From: Verrucomicrobiota bacterium
GTDB taxonomy: Bacteria; Verrucomicrobiota; Verrucomicrobiia; Limisphaerales; CANJXF01
Assembly (NCBI GenBank): GCA_038214755.1
Contig: JBBQRQ010000041.1
Coordinates: 1 to 42,498 of the forward strand
Length of the DNA: 42,498 nt
Direction: 5' to 3'
Shown: one piece after another, positions 1 through 8,699 of the stretch
Position numbering within the stretch: position 1 is the stretch's first letter
Layout of the letters: each line of letters starts with the position of its first letter
Translations under genes and position numbers: made by a program
The notes under the pieces: generated by a model
The model's input: the letters and a program-made list of their open reading frames with translations, nothing else
Told to the model about the DNA's origin: nothing
Databases searched by the model: none

Positions 1-94
1 GCTCTTGTCGATGCTGGAGATGCTCGAGCACTACGAGCTGAGCCGCCTGCGCCAACTGGCGAAAACCTTTTTCAACCCTCATGGCCAAAAATGA
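1..94 (+). CDS. 3' end of an upstream gene (partial, unknown product)
   Basis: Open frame from nt 2 (LLSMLEMLEHYELSRLRQLAKTFFNPHGQK) ending in TGA at 92-94. Confidence 0.5.
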   Translation, partial: LLSMLEMLEHYELSRLRQLAKTFFNPHGQK

Positions 95-100
95 TTTCAA

Positions 101-213
101 CTTGTGTAGATACCAATGGCTGAAGCCGGGTGCTAATGAGACCCGTAACACCCGGCTGAAGCCGGGCGCTAATGAGAATCGGAACGAACATTGCCAGAAA
201 CTAAGATGCGCCC
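101..213. repeat. REP/MITE remnant (CACCCGGCTGAAGCCGGGTGCTAATGAG family)
   Basis: Two tandem GGCTGAAGCCGGG(T/C)GCTAATGAG units followed by GGAACGAACA...GAAACTAAGATGCG, matching the right end of the element at 28789-28970. Confidence 0.8.
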
Positions 214-277
214 TTTCGTGAACATCTACTCTTTTGGAAATTTGCACGATGGACTTTTTCGATTATATCCAGAGCAA

Positions 278-844
278 GTGAACCGCGGACGAAAGCTCCG
301 TTTGCCTGTGTTGATTATCATGATCGGCGCGGTGCTTTATCTTTTCTGGAGCAACCGGCGCGAACATCGACAGGACAAAGTCATCCTCGCCGCAGCCAAA
401 AGTTACGATGTCGATCCCGCGCTCATCAAAGCGGTCGTCTGGCGCGAATCGCGATTCGATGCGAACGCGCGCGGGCGGGCGGGAGAAATCGGCTTGATGC
501 AAATCATGGAATCCGCCGCGTTGGATTGGGCCTCGGCCGAAAAAATTTATCCCTTCGAGCATGAACAACTATTCAATCCGGCGACGAACGTTCTGGCGGG
601 CGCGTGGTATTTGCAAAAACTTTTGCGGCGCTACAGCCAAACCGACGATCCGCTGCCCTACGCGCTGGCTGATTACAATGCGGGTCGCGGCAATGTTTTG
701 AAATGGAATAAAGGAGCGGCCGCCACGAACAGTGAAATTTTCATTCTGCAAATCGGTTTTCCCGGAACGAGCAATTACGTGCGGACGGTGATGCGAAAGC
801 TGGGGAAATATCACGCTGACTTTCCCGCGCAGGGCAAAGACTAA
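278..844 (+). CDS. lytic transglycosylase (SLT domain) with N-terminal membrane anchor
   Basis: Motifs AVVWRES, GEIGLMQ and ALADYNAG; N-terminal hydrophobic helix; GTG at 278 preferred over the TTG at 191, which lies inside the repeat. Confidence 0.88.
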   Translation: MNRGRKLRLPVLIIMIGAVLYLFWSNRREHRQDKVILAAAKSYDVDPALIKAVVWRESRFDANARGRAGEIGLMQIMESAALDWASAEKIYPFEHEQLFNPATNVLAGAWYLQKLLRRYSQTDDPLPYALADYNAGRGNVLKWNKGAAATNSEIFILQIGFPGTSNYVRTVMRKLGKYHADFPAQGKD

Positions 845-885
845 CTGGGGAAGCATCTGCCTCCGGCGGGTGCGAATTCACTCTT

Positions 886-973
886 TCGATGTTCAGCGTT
901 CGATGTTGGATGTTCGATGTTGGATGTTCGATGTTGGATGTTCGATGTTGGAAAATTAAACCAACATCGAAAT
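886..973. repeat. heptamer tandem repeat (GATGTTC/GATGTTG)n with short inverted arm
   Basis: About 9 heptamer units at 886-951, then CCAACATCGA at 961-970; lies between convergent genes. Confidence 0.9.
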
Positions 974-1006
974 CAGAAACGTTTTCGCACCCGCCGGAGG
1001 CAGATG

Positions 1007-1711
1007 CTACCCGCCTTCTTTACATTCATCCATCGCGGCGGCGAGTTGCGCGCGAAGTTTTTCCTTTTCATCTTCAGAAATTTCACGCGGGACAAAAATC
1101 GCCTTCCCGAAATGCAACTCGCATTTCGCGAAGGGCAACGGGACTTGAAATCGGTCCCAACTGCGCAACAAAACTTTTCCGCGAATCGTGGCTGAAACGG
1201 GAACGATGGGAATGCCCGTGAGTTGAGCCAAAGCAATCACTCCATCTTGAACTTCATAGCGCGGGCCGCGCGGACCATCGGGCGTGATGGCAATATTATA
1301 ATTTTTTTCCAGCCAGGTGGTTAATTCCAACAAGGCTTGTCGTCCCCGGCGACTGGTCGAGCCGCGCACCGGTTGCACGCCGAATTTTTCGAGAACATTC
1401 GCGAGCAGACCGCCGTCTTTGCTGGCGCTGATCATCGCAGCGAAACCGGGCGCGGGAAAAATTTTTTGCGCGAACCGAAAATAGGCCACCATCGAAATGG
1501 CGAGGCAATTGTGCCAGACACAAAAGATTACCGGCCCGCTTTTTTGCGAGAGGGAATTGTCCGAGGAGGAGCGACAGCGCCACGTTGCCATCAACATTTT
1601 TGCGAAGAAGTAAATGACCGAGGCAGCAATTCTTTTTGACCAGGTGAGTTCATCCGGAACGACGACTCCCGATTTGGGGCTCGGGCGGGGGTTTGATTTT
1701 TCCAACGACAT
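1007..1711 (-). CDS. DUF374 / lysophospholipid acyltransferase family protein
   Basis: Motifs WH, ISASKDG, VRGS, ITPDGPRGP and SWDRFQVPLPF; ATG overlaps the ruvA stop (TGATG). Confidence 0.88.
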   Translation of the reverse strand: MSLEKSNPRPSPKSGVVVPDELTWSKRIAASVIYFFAKMLMATWRCRSSSDNSLSQKSGPVIFCVWHNCLAISMVAYFRFAQKIFPAPGFAAMISASKDGGLLANVLEKFGVQPVRGSTSRRGRQALLELTTWLEKNYNIAITPDGPRGPRYEVQDGVIALAQLTGIPIVPVSATIRGKVLLRSWDRFQVPLPFAKCELHFGKAIFVPREISEDEKEKLRAQLAAAMDECKEGG

Positions 1712-2316
1712 CACGCCCCTTTTTTCAAACTGGCCCGCACCAAATCTTCCACGCTCGCCTTCAGTCCAAGCACCGCCTGCGCGCCACGCACCGATTCGTG
1801 GGCATCGGGTTGTTTGAAGCCGAGCGCCATGAGCGCGAGAACGGCGTCGTTGATTTTTTGGTCCGGCTCCGAAAGCGCGCGACCGGCGCTGCTGGCTTCT
1901 AGTGCGCCAGCCTGGCCGATTTTATCTTTGAGTTCCACGACGATGCGCTCGGCGGTTTTTTTTCCCACGCCAGAAATCGATGAGAGCGCTTTGACATCCG
2001 CGCTGGCCACCGCTCCGCGAAATGCTGTGACGTTGATTCCGCTTAAAATATTGAGCGCGATTTTTGGGCCGATGCCGCTGACGTTATTGATGAGCAGCCG
2101 AAAAAGTTCGCGCTCGGTCGCGCTCATAAAACCGTAAAGCACGTGGGCGTCGTCGCGAATCTGCAAATGCGTCAGCAATTTTATCTCGCTGCCGGGCGAC
2201 GGCAATTTGTCGAACGAGGAAAGCGGAATGAGCACATCGTAACCGACACCGTTGACCTCCACCGTGATTTGCGTCGGAAGCGCCTCAACCAGTTTGCCGT
2301 GGAGAAAAGTAATCAT
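1711..2316 (-). CDS. ruvA: Holliday junction branch migration protein RuvA
   Basis: MITFLHGKL, VNGVGY, LYGF, VSGIGPKIAL, GVGKKTAERIVVELKDK, ALMALGF. Confidence 0.97.
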   Translation of the reverse strand: MITFLHGKLVEALPTQITVEVNGVGYDVLIPLSSFDKLPSPGSEIKLLTHLQIRDDAHVLYGFMSATERELFRLLINNVSGIGPKIALNILSGINVTAFRGAVASADVKALSSISGVGKKTAERIVVELKDKIGQAGALEASSAGRALSEPDQKINDAVLALMALGFKQPDAHESVRGAQAVLGLKASVEDLVRASLKKGA

Positions 2317-2488
2317 CGAGCGGCGGCATGATAAATGGCGACAATGGGGTTGGAAATATTTTCCTGAAAAACGTTTTGCAAATTTCGCCGCACGGAGACG
2401 AGAAAGAGAATGGCGGAGAATCGTTTCGAGAAAGTTGTTGGGTGGCTTTGCGCTTTGAAAAGTTGCCAATCGCGGTTAAACGAATCGC

Positions 2489-3241
2489 GTGAACTTCGCC
2501 GTGCTCCAAAAAAGTTTGGACATCCCGCGGGTTGAAAAAAGTGAACAGGCCTTGCTTTCAGTCCCGGGATTTACACGGGTTGACGCGCAGATTTTCGCGA
2601 ATGACGCCTATGGGATTCTCGTAAGAAATATTTCGGCAGAACGGGCAAACGCATTTTCACAGGCGTTGCTCGGCCAGGGAATCGAAACGGAAGTCGTGGC
2701 GGAAAAGGAATTGGTTGCACTGCCGCCGACAAAATTTGTGCACCGGCTGGATTGCAACCTGGAGGCGTTATTGATTTACGATCCGCTGGGCCGCAGTTTT
2801 CCGCTCGAATGGAAATATGTGATGCTGATCGCGGCAGGTTGCGTTCGGGTGATGGATTTCAAGCGCGTGGAAAAACCATCGTGGAGCACGGTCAGTAGTG
2901 AAGGCGGCGCTTACGAAACGACTTCAATTTACAATGTGGAGGAGCGCCATGACCAGTTGCTCCTGGAGATCGTGGTGACGGGCGCGGTGTTGCGTTACAG
3001 CGTAAACGCGGAGAATTTTCGATTTGATTATTTAGGAGGGGAACGCACAAAAAGTTCTCAGGAAAACTTCGCGCGGCTCGTCCAGGATATCGTTGCTTTC
3101 GCGCCTCACGCCGCGCTGAATCGCGGCGCATTCTCAGTTAAACAGAACCAAACGCTGTTTTTCTATCCGAGCAAGAATGCGTTTTTTGAGGAAATTACCT
3201 GGCTGCTTTGGCGCACGAAAGGCGGAACGTCCGGCAAATAA
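2489..3241 (+). CDS. hypothetical protein (250 aa)
   Basis: Long ORF divergent from ruvA; no family recognised. Confidence 0.75.
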   Translation: MNFAVLQKSLDIPRVEKSEQALLSVPGFTRVDAQIFANDAYGILVRNISAERANAFSQALLGQGIETEVVAEKELVALPPTKFVHRLDCNLEALLIYDPLGRSFPLEWKYVMLIAAGCVRVMDFKRVEKPSWSTVSSEGGAYETTSIYNVEERHDQLLLEIVVTGAVLRYSVNAENFRFDYLGGERTKSSQENFARLVQDIVAFAPHAALNRGAFSVKQNQTLFFYPSKNAFFEEITWLLWRTKGGTSGK

Positions 3242-3369
3242 AGTCCTCTCGCCATGCGCCGGAGCAGCCCGGCTCGCGAGGCCCCGAACGCGCGGACGAA
3301 TGGAACATCATTTAATTTTTTAGCGCACAATTGCATTGCAATCTTCACCGAGTTCTTCAAATAGAATTT

Positions 3370-4713
3370 ATGCGCATTCACTTCCTTCTTTTCTCGGTGT
3401 CATTTTTTCTTTTCCATTTTTCGACTCAACATGCGGAGGCACAACGTCGCCCTAATCTTATTCTGATTTTGGCGGATGACCTCGGCTGGCACGATGTTGG
3501 TTTCAATGGCCGCACCGAATGGCGCACGCCGAATATCGATCGGCTCGCCCAACAAGGAACCATTTTCAAACGCTGGTATGTCGGCGGAGTGGTTTGCGCG
3601 CCGAGCCGTGCCGTCTTGATGACCGGCAAATACACCATTCACAACGGCGTGATCGCGAACAACGGTGATTTGCCCTCGGCGGAAACAACCATCGCCGAAG
3701 CGCTCAAGCCACGGGGTTACGCCACCGCGCTTTTTGGAAAATGGCATGGAGGAAAACCGCGCGACGGAAACAAAACGTCCGTGCATCCGATGGATCATGG
3801 CTTCGATGAATTTTTTGGATTCACCAGCGCGGTTCATGCGTGGGAACATTTTCCGAAAGAACTTTGGTTTGGTCGCGAGAAAAAACCTCTTCCGAGTAAC
3901 GGCTACACTGCGACTCTTTTCGCCGACCGCGCCGTTGACTTCGTTGAGCGAAATAAACAAAAGCCTTTTTTTCTCTATCTCGCTTTTACCGAACCGCATT
4001 TGCTCATCGAAGCGCCGGAGAAGGATGTCGCGGAATTCAAAGGAAAATTCGCGGAAAAAAATCCCGCGCATCCGGTCAACGCAAATTACGCGGCGATGAT
4101 TTCGCGGATGGACAAAGAGGTTGGCCGGTTGCTCGAAAAGCTGGATGAACTCGGTCTCGCGGAAAATACGCTGATCGTTTTTTCCAGCGATCACGGGGCG
4201 ACATTTGAAAAGGGAAATGAAGGCGCGGCCAATTTTCATGACAGCAACGCGCCTTTTCGCGGACAGAAAAGAACGTTGTGGGAAGGAGGGATTCGTGTTC
4301 CGGCGGCGGCGCGTTGGCCGGGAAAAATTCCCGCTGGAAAGAGTTCTCAGGAGATCATTCACAACATTGATTTGTTTCCGAGTTTCATGGCGGCGGCAGG
4401 CGGGAAGCCGGACGCGAGTTGGAAAATCGATGGCGTCAATCTTTTGCCAGTTTGGATGGGCCAAGAAAAAAGTCCCGACCGCACGCTGTTTTGGGAATGG
4501 CGTTCCGAGGGAAATCAGCAACTCGCCGCGATGCGGGGCGATTTAAAACTGGTCAGCACCGGAGGGAACAAGCCGGAACTTTTCAATGTGGAAAAAGATC
4601 CGGGCGAGCGTCGCTCCGTCGTTGCCGAACAGGAAGAGGCGGCAAAAAATTTGGAGCAGGAATTAAAACGCTGGCTTGCCACCGAAAAATACAAAGACTC
4701 ATCGACGGAATGA
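3370..4713 (+). CDS. secreted sulfatase (arylsulfatase A-like)
   Basis: Signal peptide; PNLILILADDLG, CAPSRAVLMTG (formylglycine motif), GKWH, SDHG. Confidence 0.95.
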   Translation: MRIHFLLFSVSFFLFHFSTQHAEAQRRPNLILILADDLGWHDVGFNGRTEWRTPNIDRLAQQGTIFKRWYVGGVVCAPSRAVLMTGKYTIHNGVIANNGDLPSAETTIAEALKPRGYATALFGKWHGGKPRDGNKTSVHPMDHGFDEFFGFTSAVHAWEHFPKELWFGREKKPLPSNGYTATLFADRAVDFVERNKQKPFFLYLAFTEPHLLIEAPEKDVAEFKGKFAEKNPAHPVNANYAAMISRMDKEVGRLLEKLDELGLAENTLIVFSSDHGATFEKGNEGAANFHDSNAPFRGQKRTLWEGGIRVPAAARWPGKIPAGKSSQEIIHNIDLFPSFMAAAGGKPDASWKIDGVNLLPVWMGQEKSPDRTLFWEWRSEGNQQLAAMRGDLKLVSTGGNKPELFNVEKDPGERRSVVAEQEEAAKNLEQELKRWLATEKYKDSSTE

Positions 4714-6461
4714 AAAAAACTTTTCCAATACTGGCCCAGCCAAATTTTGACACGACCAGCAAAGTAGTGGGGCAGACATCCTGTCTGCCAGACCGGGCTT
4801 CCAGCCCGTGTTCATCAATCCTCGGGCAGGATGCCGGGAAGACAGGCTGGAAGCCTGCCCCACTATTTCGGCTCGGATTTATTGCCCTGTCGAGGGGGCG
4901 TTGCCCAAAGGAAGAGGAGCGCGGACGTTCTCGTCCGCGTGTTGCGAGATCAATCCAAACTCGGATATTTTCACCACTTCGGATTCGCGCGGACGAGAAC
5001 GTCCGCGCTCCGTTCCATTTGGACAACACGCCCTCGAAATGCGCCCGTCACGGCGCGCTCCTTCTGGTTGCATTTTTCGCGTCGTTAACTTTTTCCACAG
5101 CGCAAACCAACGCGCCCCCAAGCAGGCCAAATATTATTTTCGTTTTGGTCGATGATTTGCGCTGGGATGAAATTGATTATCCTTTTGTCAAAGCGCCCAA
5201 CATCCAACGTCTCGCGCGTGAAGGCGTGAAATTCAAAAACGCATTTGTCACCACGCCGCTTTGTTCTCCAAGTCGAGCGAGTTTTCTGACCGGCCAATAC
5301 GCCCATAAGCACGGCATCACCGACAACACCGCTCGCGATAAACAGAGCCATGAACTCATCACGTTTCCGAAATTGTTGCACGACACCGGGTACGAAACCG
5401 CATTCGTCGGCAAGTGGCACATGGGTTTGGACGACCACGCTCGGCCCGGCATCGATTACTGGGTCAGCGTCAAAGGGCAAGGGACCTACATCGACCCGGA
5501 CATCAATGTGAACGGCGAGCGAAAAAAAATTCCGGGTTATGTCACCGATATTTTCAACCGTTACGCCAATGAATTTTTAGAGCGAGACCACGCGAAACCA
5601 TTTCTGCTTTACGTGTCGCACAAAGCGGTTCACCCGGATTTGATTCAAAATGCGGACGGCAGTTTGTCCGACCCCAGCGCGGGAAAATTCATTCCGGCGG
5701 ATCGGCACAAAAATCTTTACGCCGATGCGAAAATTCCCCATCGCCCCAACACAAAAACTTTCGCCGCAGACAAACCGGCGTTGCAGCGAAGGATCGAAGG
5801 CGTTCCGCCGCTGAGCGCAACCACCGGAACCGATGACGAGACCATCCGCAATCGTCTGCGGATGCTGGCGTCCGTCGATGAAGGGCTGGGCAGTCTGTTG
5901 CAGGTATTGGAAAAAAAAGGGCAACTCGACAACACGCTAATTATTTTTACGAGCGATGAAGGATATTTTTACGGCGAACATGGCTTGAGTGTGGAACGCC
6001 GTTTGGCCTACGAAGAATCCGCGCGAATCCCGTTGATCATGCGTTATCCAAAATTAATCAAGGCAGGAAGTTCTGTTGAACAATTGGCTTTGAGCATCGA
6101 CCTCGCTCCGACGCTGCTGGAAATCGGCGGCGCGGAAATTCCGAAAAGCATTCACGGCCATTCATTGCTGCCGCTGCTGCGCGGAGAAAAAGTTTCATGG
6201 CGCAAATCGATTCTCGTCGAATATTTTTCCGACAAAGTTTTTCCGCGCATGTCGAAAATGGGTTATCAAGCTGTGCGTAACGAACGGTGGAAATATATTC
6301 ATTACGTTGACCTCGACGGCATGGAAGAACTTTACGATTTGAAAACGGACCCATACGAAATGAGAAATCTCCTCGCGGTCGCGCCGGAAAAATCCTCCAC
6401 GCAAAAAGCATTGAGCAAAATGAAAATTGAGCTACAGCGTTTGTTGAAGGAATCTCAATGA
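4710..6461 (+). CDS. sulfatase (N-acetylglucosamine-6-sulfatase-like); N-terminus contains repeat-derived sequence
   Basis: PNIIFVLVDD, CSPSRASFLTG, GKWH, ELYDLKTDPYE; ATG at 4710 overlaps the previous stop (ATGA); alternative TTG start at 5019. Confidence 0.9.
   Translation: MKKTFPILAQPNFDTTSKVVGQTSCLPDRASSPCSSILGQDAGKTGWKPAPLFRLGFIALSRGRCPKEEERGRSRPRVARSIQTRIFSPLRIRADENVRAPFHLDNTPSKCARHGALLLVAFFASLTFSTAQTNAPPSRPNIIFVLVDDLRWDEIDYPFVKAPNIQRLAREGVKFKNAFVTTPLCSPSRASFLTGQYAHKHGITDNTARDKQSHELITFPKLLHDTGYETAFVGKWHMGLDDHARPGIDYWVSVKGQGTYIDPDINVNGERKKIPGYVTDIFNRYANEFLERDHAKPFLLYVSHKAVHPDLIQNADGSLSDPSAGKFIPADRHKNLYADAKIPHRPNTKTFAADKPALQRRIEGVPPLSATTGTDDETIRNRLRMLASVDEGLGSLLQVLEKKGQLDNTLIIFTSDEGYFYGEHGLSVERRLAYEESARIPLIMRYPKLIKAGSSVEQLALSIDLAPTLLEIGGAEIPKSIHGHSLLPLLRGEKVSWRKSILVEYFSDKVFPRMSKMGYQAVRNERWKYIHYVDLDGMEELYDLKTDPYEMRNLLAVAPEKSSTQKALSKMKIELQRLLKESQ
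4728..4882. mobile_element. MITE-like element with internal REP doublet
   Basis: Imperfect terminal IRs (CCCAGCCAAATTT / ATTTCGGCTCGGA) around GTAGTGGGGCAGACATCCTGTCTG...CAGGCTGGAAGCCTGCCCCACTA; the core family recurs at 24817-24935. Confidence 0.7.
4890..5037. mobile_element. MITE-like element with internal REP doublet
   Basis: Terminal IRs TCGAGGGGGCGTTGCCCAAA / TTTGGACAACACGCCCTCGA; internal IR GGAGCGCGGACGTTCTCGTCCGCG / CGCGGACGAGAACGTCCGCGCTCC. Confidence 0.78.
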
Positions 6462-6499
6462 AGAATTTCTTCTGTCCCAATGAAACTTCGTCCACCTAA

Positions 6500-6683
6500 G
6501 CCGGAACGATTCAGTTGGACAGATTGCTCGCCCTCACCCTAACCCTCTCCCCCGAGGAGAGGGAACCTGCCATCAGGCACTCAACGGTGAACCTTTTCCA
6601 GCGCTGCATAATATTCTCCCTCTCCTCGGAGGAAAGGGCCGGGGTGAGGTCGAACATTTCTCTCTCTACTGAATGGTTCCAGT
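6500..6683. mobile_element. MITE with 16-bp terminal IRs, flanking TAA duplication and CCCTCACCCTAACCCTCTCC core
   Basis: GCCGGAACGATTCAGT...ACTGAATGGTTCCAGT, with TAA at 6497-6499 and 6684-6686; second copy at 39868-40062. Confidence 0.82.
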
Positions 6684-6767
6684 TAAGTCGCCTCAAAAAA
6701 TCGAAATAAAACTTGCGCTCCCCACGAAGATTGCTAGCGTCACCGCTCCTTAAATCGAAAAATTTTT

Positions 6768-7058
6768 ATGGCAAGAATTTGTGAATTAACCGGCACCGGC
6801 CCTATCAAAGGCAGCCACATTTGGCGCAGTGGCAAAGCGAAGAAAAAAGGCGGCATAGGCACCCACGTCACCGCCATTACCAAGCGCCGTTTTCTGCCGA
6901 ACTTGCAGCGCGTCAAAGCGGTGGTGAATGGCGAAGTGCGCTACATTCGCGTCACGGCCAGCGCGATCAAAAAAGGTCTGGTCATCAAAGCGCCGAAGCG
7001 CACCTGGAAAAAAGGCGACGAGAAAAAAGTCCGCGCCAGGAAAACTAAGTCCGCCTAA
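6768..7058 (+). CDS. rpmB: 50S ribosomal protein L28
   Basis: MARICELTG...KKKGGIG.H...KRRFLPNLQ, the PVC-type L28. Confidence 0.97.
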   Translation: MARICELTGTGPIKGSHIWRSGKAKKKGGIGTHVTAITKRRFLPNLQRVKAVVNGEVRYIRVTASAIKKGLVIKAPKRTWKKGDEKKVRARKTKSA

Positions 7059-7103
7059 TTCAATGGAACGGTCGGCGTTCGACCCGGACGCCATTTTTCA
7101 AAA

Positions 7104-7559
7104 TCATTTTCCTTTAAACCGCTGCATGGTGGCGCGTTTCATTTCCCGATCCGAATCCCGTTTCTTGATGTCTTCGCGTTTATCGAATTGCAATTTTCCT
7201 TTTCCAACGCCGAGCGCGATTTTGACCTTGCCATTTTTCCAGTAGAACGAGAGCGGGAAAATGGCGTTGCCTTTGACCGAGGCTAATCCGAAGAGTTTGC
7301 GAATTTCGCTTTTGTGCAGGAGAAGTTTTCGGGGCGCTTTGGGCTGGTGATTTTCGCGGTTGCCAAAGGAGTATTCATCGATGTGCGCGTTGTAGAGCCA
7401 GACTTCATCTTTTTCCACGCGGGCAAAAGCATCGCTGATCTGTCCTTTGCCGGCGCGCAACGCTTTGACCTCTGTGCCGTGCAAAACGATTCCGGCCTCG
7501 AAGGTTTCGATGATGTGATAATCGCGCCGCGCTTTTGGGTTGTGCAAAATGTCGGCCAT
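7104..7559 (-). CDS. smpB: SsrA-binding protein
   Basis: NPKARRDY, EAGIVLHGTEVKALR, RKLLLHKSEI, GKGKLQFDKR. Confidence 0.97.
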   Translation of the reverse strand: MADILHNPKARRDYHIIETFEAGIVLHGTEVKALRAGKGQISDAFARVEKDEVWLYNAHIDEYSFGNRENHQPKAPRKLLLHKSEIRKLFGLASVKGNAIFPLSFYWKNGKVKIALGVGKGKLQFDKREDIKKRDSDREMKRATMQRFKGK

Positions 7560-7612
7560 AAAGAAAAAGCCAGAAGGGAAAACTTCTGGCCCGCGCTCGG
7601 AGGTGAAAAGAG

Positions 7613-7864
7613 TCAACCGCGCTTGCGCTTCTTCGGAGCGGCGGGAGATTCCTCCGGATTTTCCAAAAGCTGAAAATCCATTTTGTCCTCGATGATCTCC
7701 AGCAGAGCAATATCGCCGGCGCCCAGGCCGGCCGTGTCGGCGAGCAAGGGGCGGCCCTGCTGACCGCCGGTGGTCAATTGCCTGACGCGTCGCGAAACCA
7801 AATTCACCAGAACATTGGGGTTGCCAACTTTCGCCAATGCTTGTTTTACAAATTCACTATTCAA
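7613..7864 (-). CDS. rpoZ: DNA-directed RNA polymerase subunit omega
   Basis: ALAKVGNPNVLVNLVSRRVRQL...DIALLEIIEDK pattern; located upstream of smpB. Confidence 0.8.
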   Translation of the reverse strand: MNSEFVKQALAKVGNPNVLVNLVSRRVRQLTTGGQQGRPLLADTAGLGAGDIALLEIIEDKMDFQLLENPEESPAAPKKRKRG

Positions 7865-7950
7865 AGTTCCCTCGGGTTAATTTTTCAGAGCCGGTAAAGT
7901 TATCGGCTGAAATTTTTAACGCAATAGAAAATTCCGAGAATTTTCCAAGA

Positions 7951-8052
7951 GGAGCGCATCTCAACTTCCCGCAAAATAACGGAACGCCGATCTCCTGATC
8001 GGCTCGCGGAAAACATGGAGAGCTCCAAGGCCGATCAGGAGATCGGCGTTCC
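7951..8052. repeat. REP doublet (GGAACGCCGATCTCCTGATCGGC family) with upstream IR remnant GAGCGCATCTCAACTTC
   Basis: Perfect IR between 7981-8003 and 8030-8052; related copies at 15021-15094, 25420-25494 and 25661-25735. Confidence 0.85.
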
Positions 8053-8115
8053 CGCGCCGACGAGACCTACTTTGCGCTCAGTTGGAGGCGGCGAGTTTGC
8101 AGGTATATTTTCCCC

Positions 8116-8535
8116 GTGCGTTATCTGATAAAAGCGCGAGTGAAGTGGGGTCAGGAGGAAGCGCTGCGGCGCGCGATTGCTGAAAAAACTCTTGGTCGAA
8201 GCTCCGTGGCGGGCGACGAATATTTGCGCAACATGGAGCACGCACACCTCAACGACGACGGAACCGCCCATTGGGTTGAAGTTTGCTTTTGCGCCAAACC
8301 GCTGGAGGAAGAGCGTCCTTACTGGGAAAAATATTTTGAACTGATCCGCATTCAGGACGCGCATTCGCGGAAAAATTGTCGGGACGAAAACGGCGCGGAG
8401 CCGTGGGCTTGTTGCGATTGCGATTGCACGAAACGGCTTGAAGAAAAACTCCAAGAGAAGGGAAAATCTTTTTTAAGTGAGTTGAAGAACTCGATCGGAA
8501 GTAATCGGAAATCGCTCAAGCGATTGCCAAAATAA
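8116..8535 (+). CDS. cysteine-rich hypothetical protein
   Basis: 139-aa ORF with EVCFC and NC...WACCDCDC; TATATT-N6-GTG upstream. Confidence 0.8.
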   Translation: MRYLIKARVKWGQEEALRRAIAEKTLGRSSVAGDEYLRNMEHAHLNDDGTAHWVEVCFCAKPLEEERPYWEKYFELIRIQDAHSRKNCRDENGAEPWACCDCDCTKRLEEKLQEKGKSFLSELKNSIGSNRKSLKRLPK

Positions 8536-8658
8536 TTTCTGAAGGGCGCACGCATCCCGTCGGAGCGCAGAGCATTGCTCTGCGCGTCGAGCTATCCATT
8601 CCGAACGGAGCAATGCTCCGCGCTCCGTTCGATTCCGAAATTTATTTTCGCAAACCAT
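8521..8658. mobile_element. MITE-like element with internal REP doublet
   Basis: Terminal IRs TTGCCAAAATAATTTC / GAAATTTATTTTCGCAA; core CGGAGCGCAGAGCATTGCTC...GAGCAATGCTCCGCGCTCCG; same termini family as 14981-15118. Confidence 0.72.
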
Positions 8659-8699
8659 TTTTTCCCCGCTACGTTCAACTCGTCGCGAGACAAAATTAA

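Noticed and set aside
886..951. Possible CRISPR array (also 25259-25740 and 32319-32600)
   Set aside because: Units are 7-bp tandem repeats or a single 241-bp duplication; there is no repeat-spacer alternation and no cas gene.
6511..6709. Short ORFs LALTLTLSPE... (also 39883-40065 and 889-1221)
   Set aside because: These are translations of MITE or heptamer repeat sequence, not credible genes.
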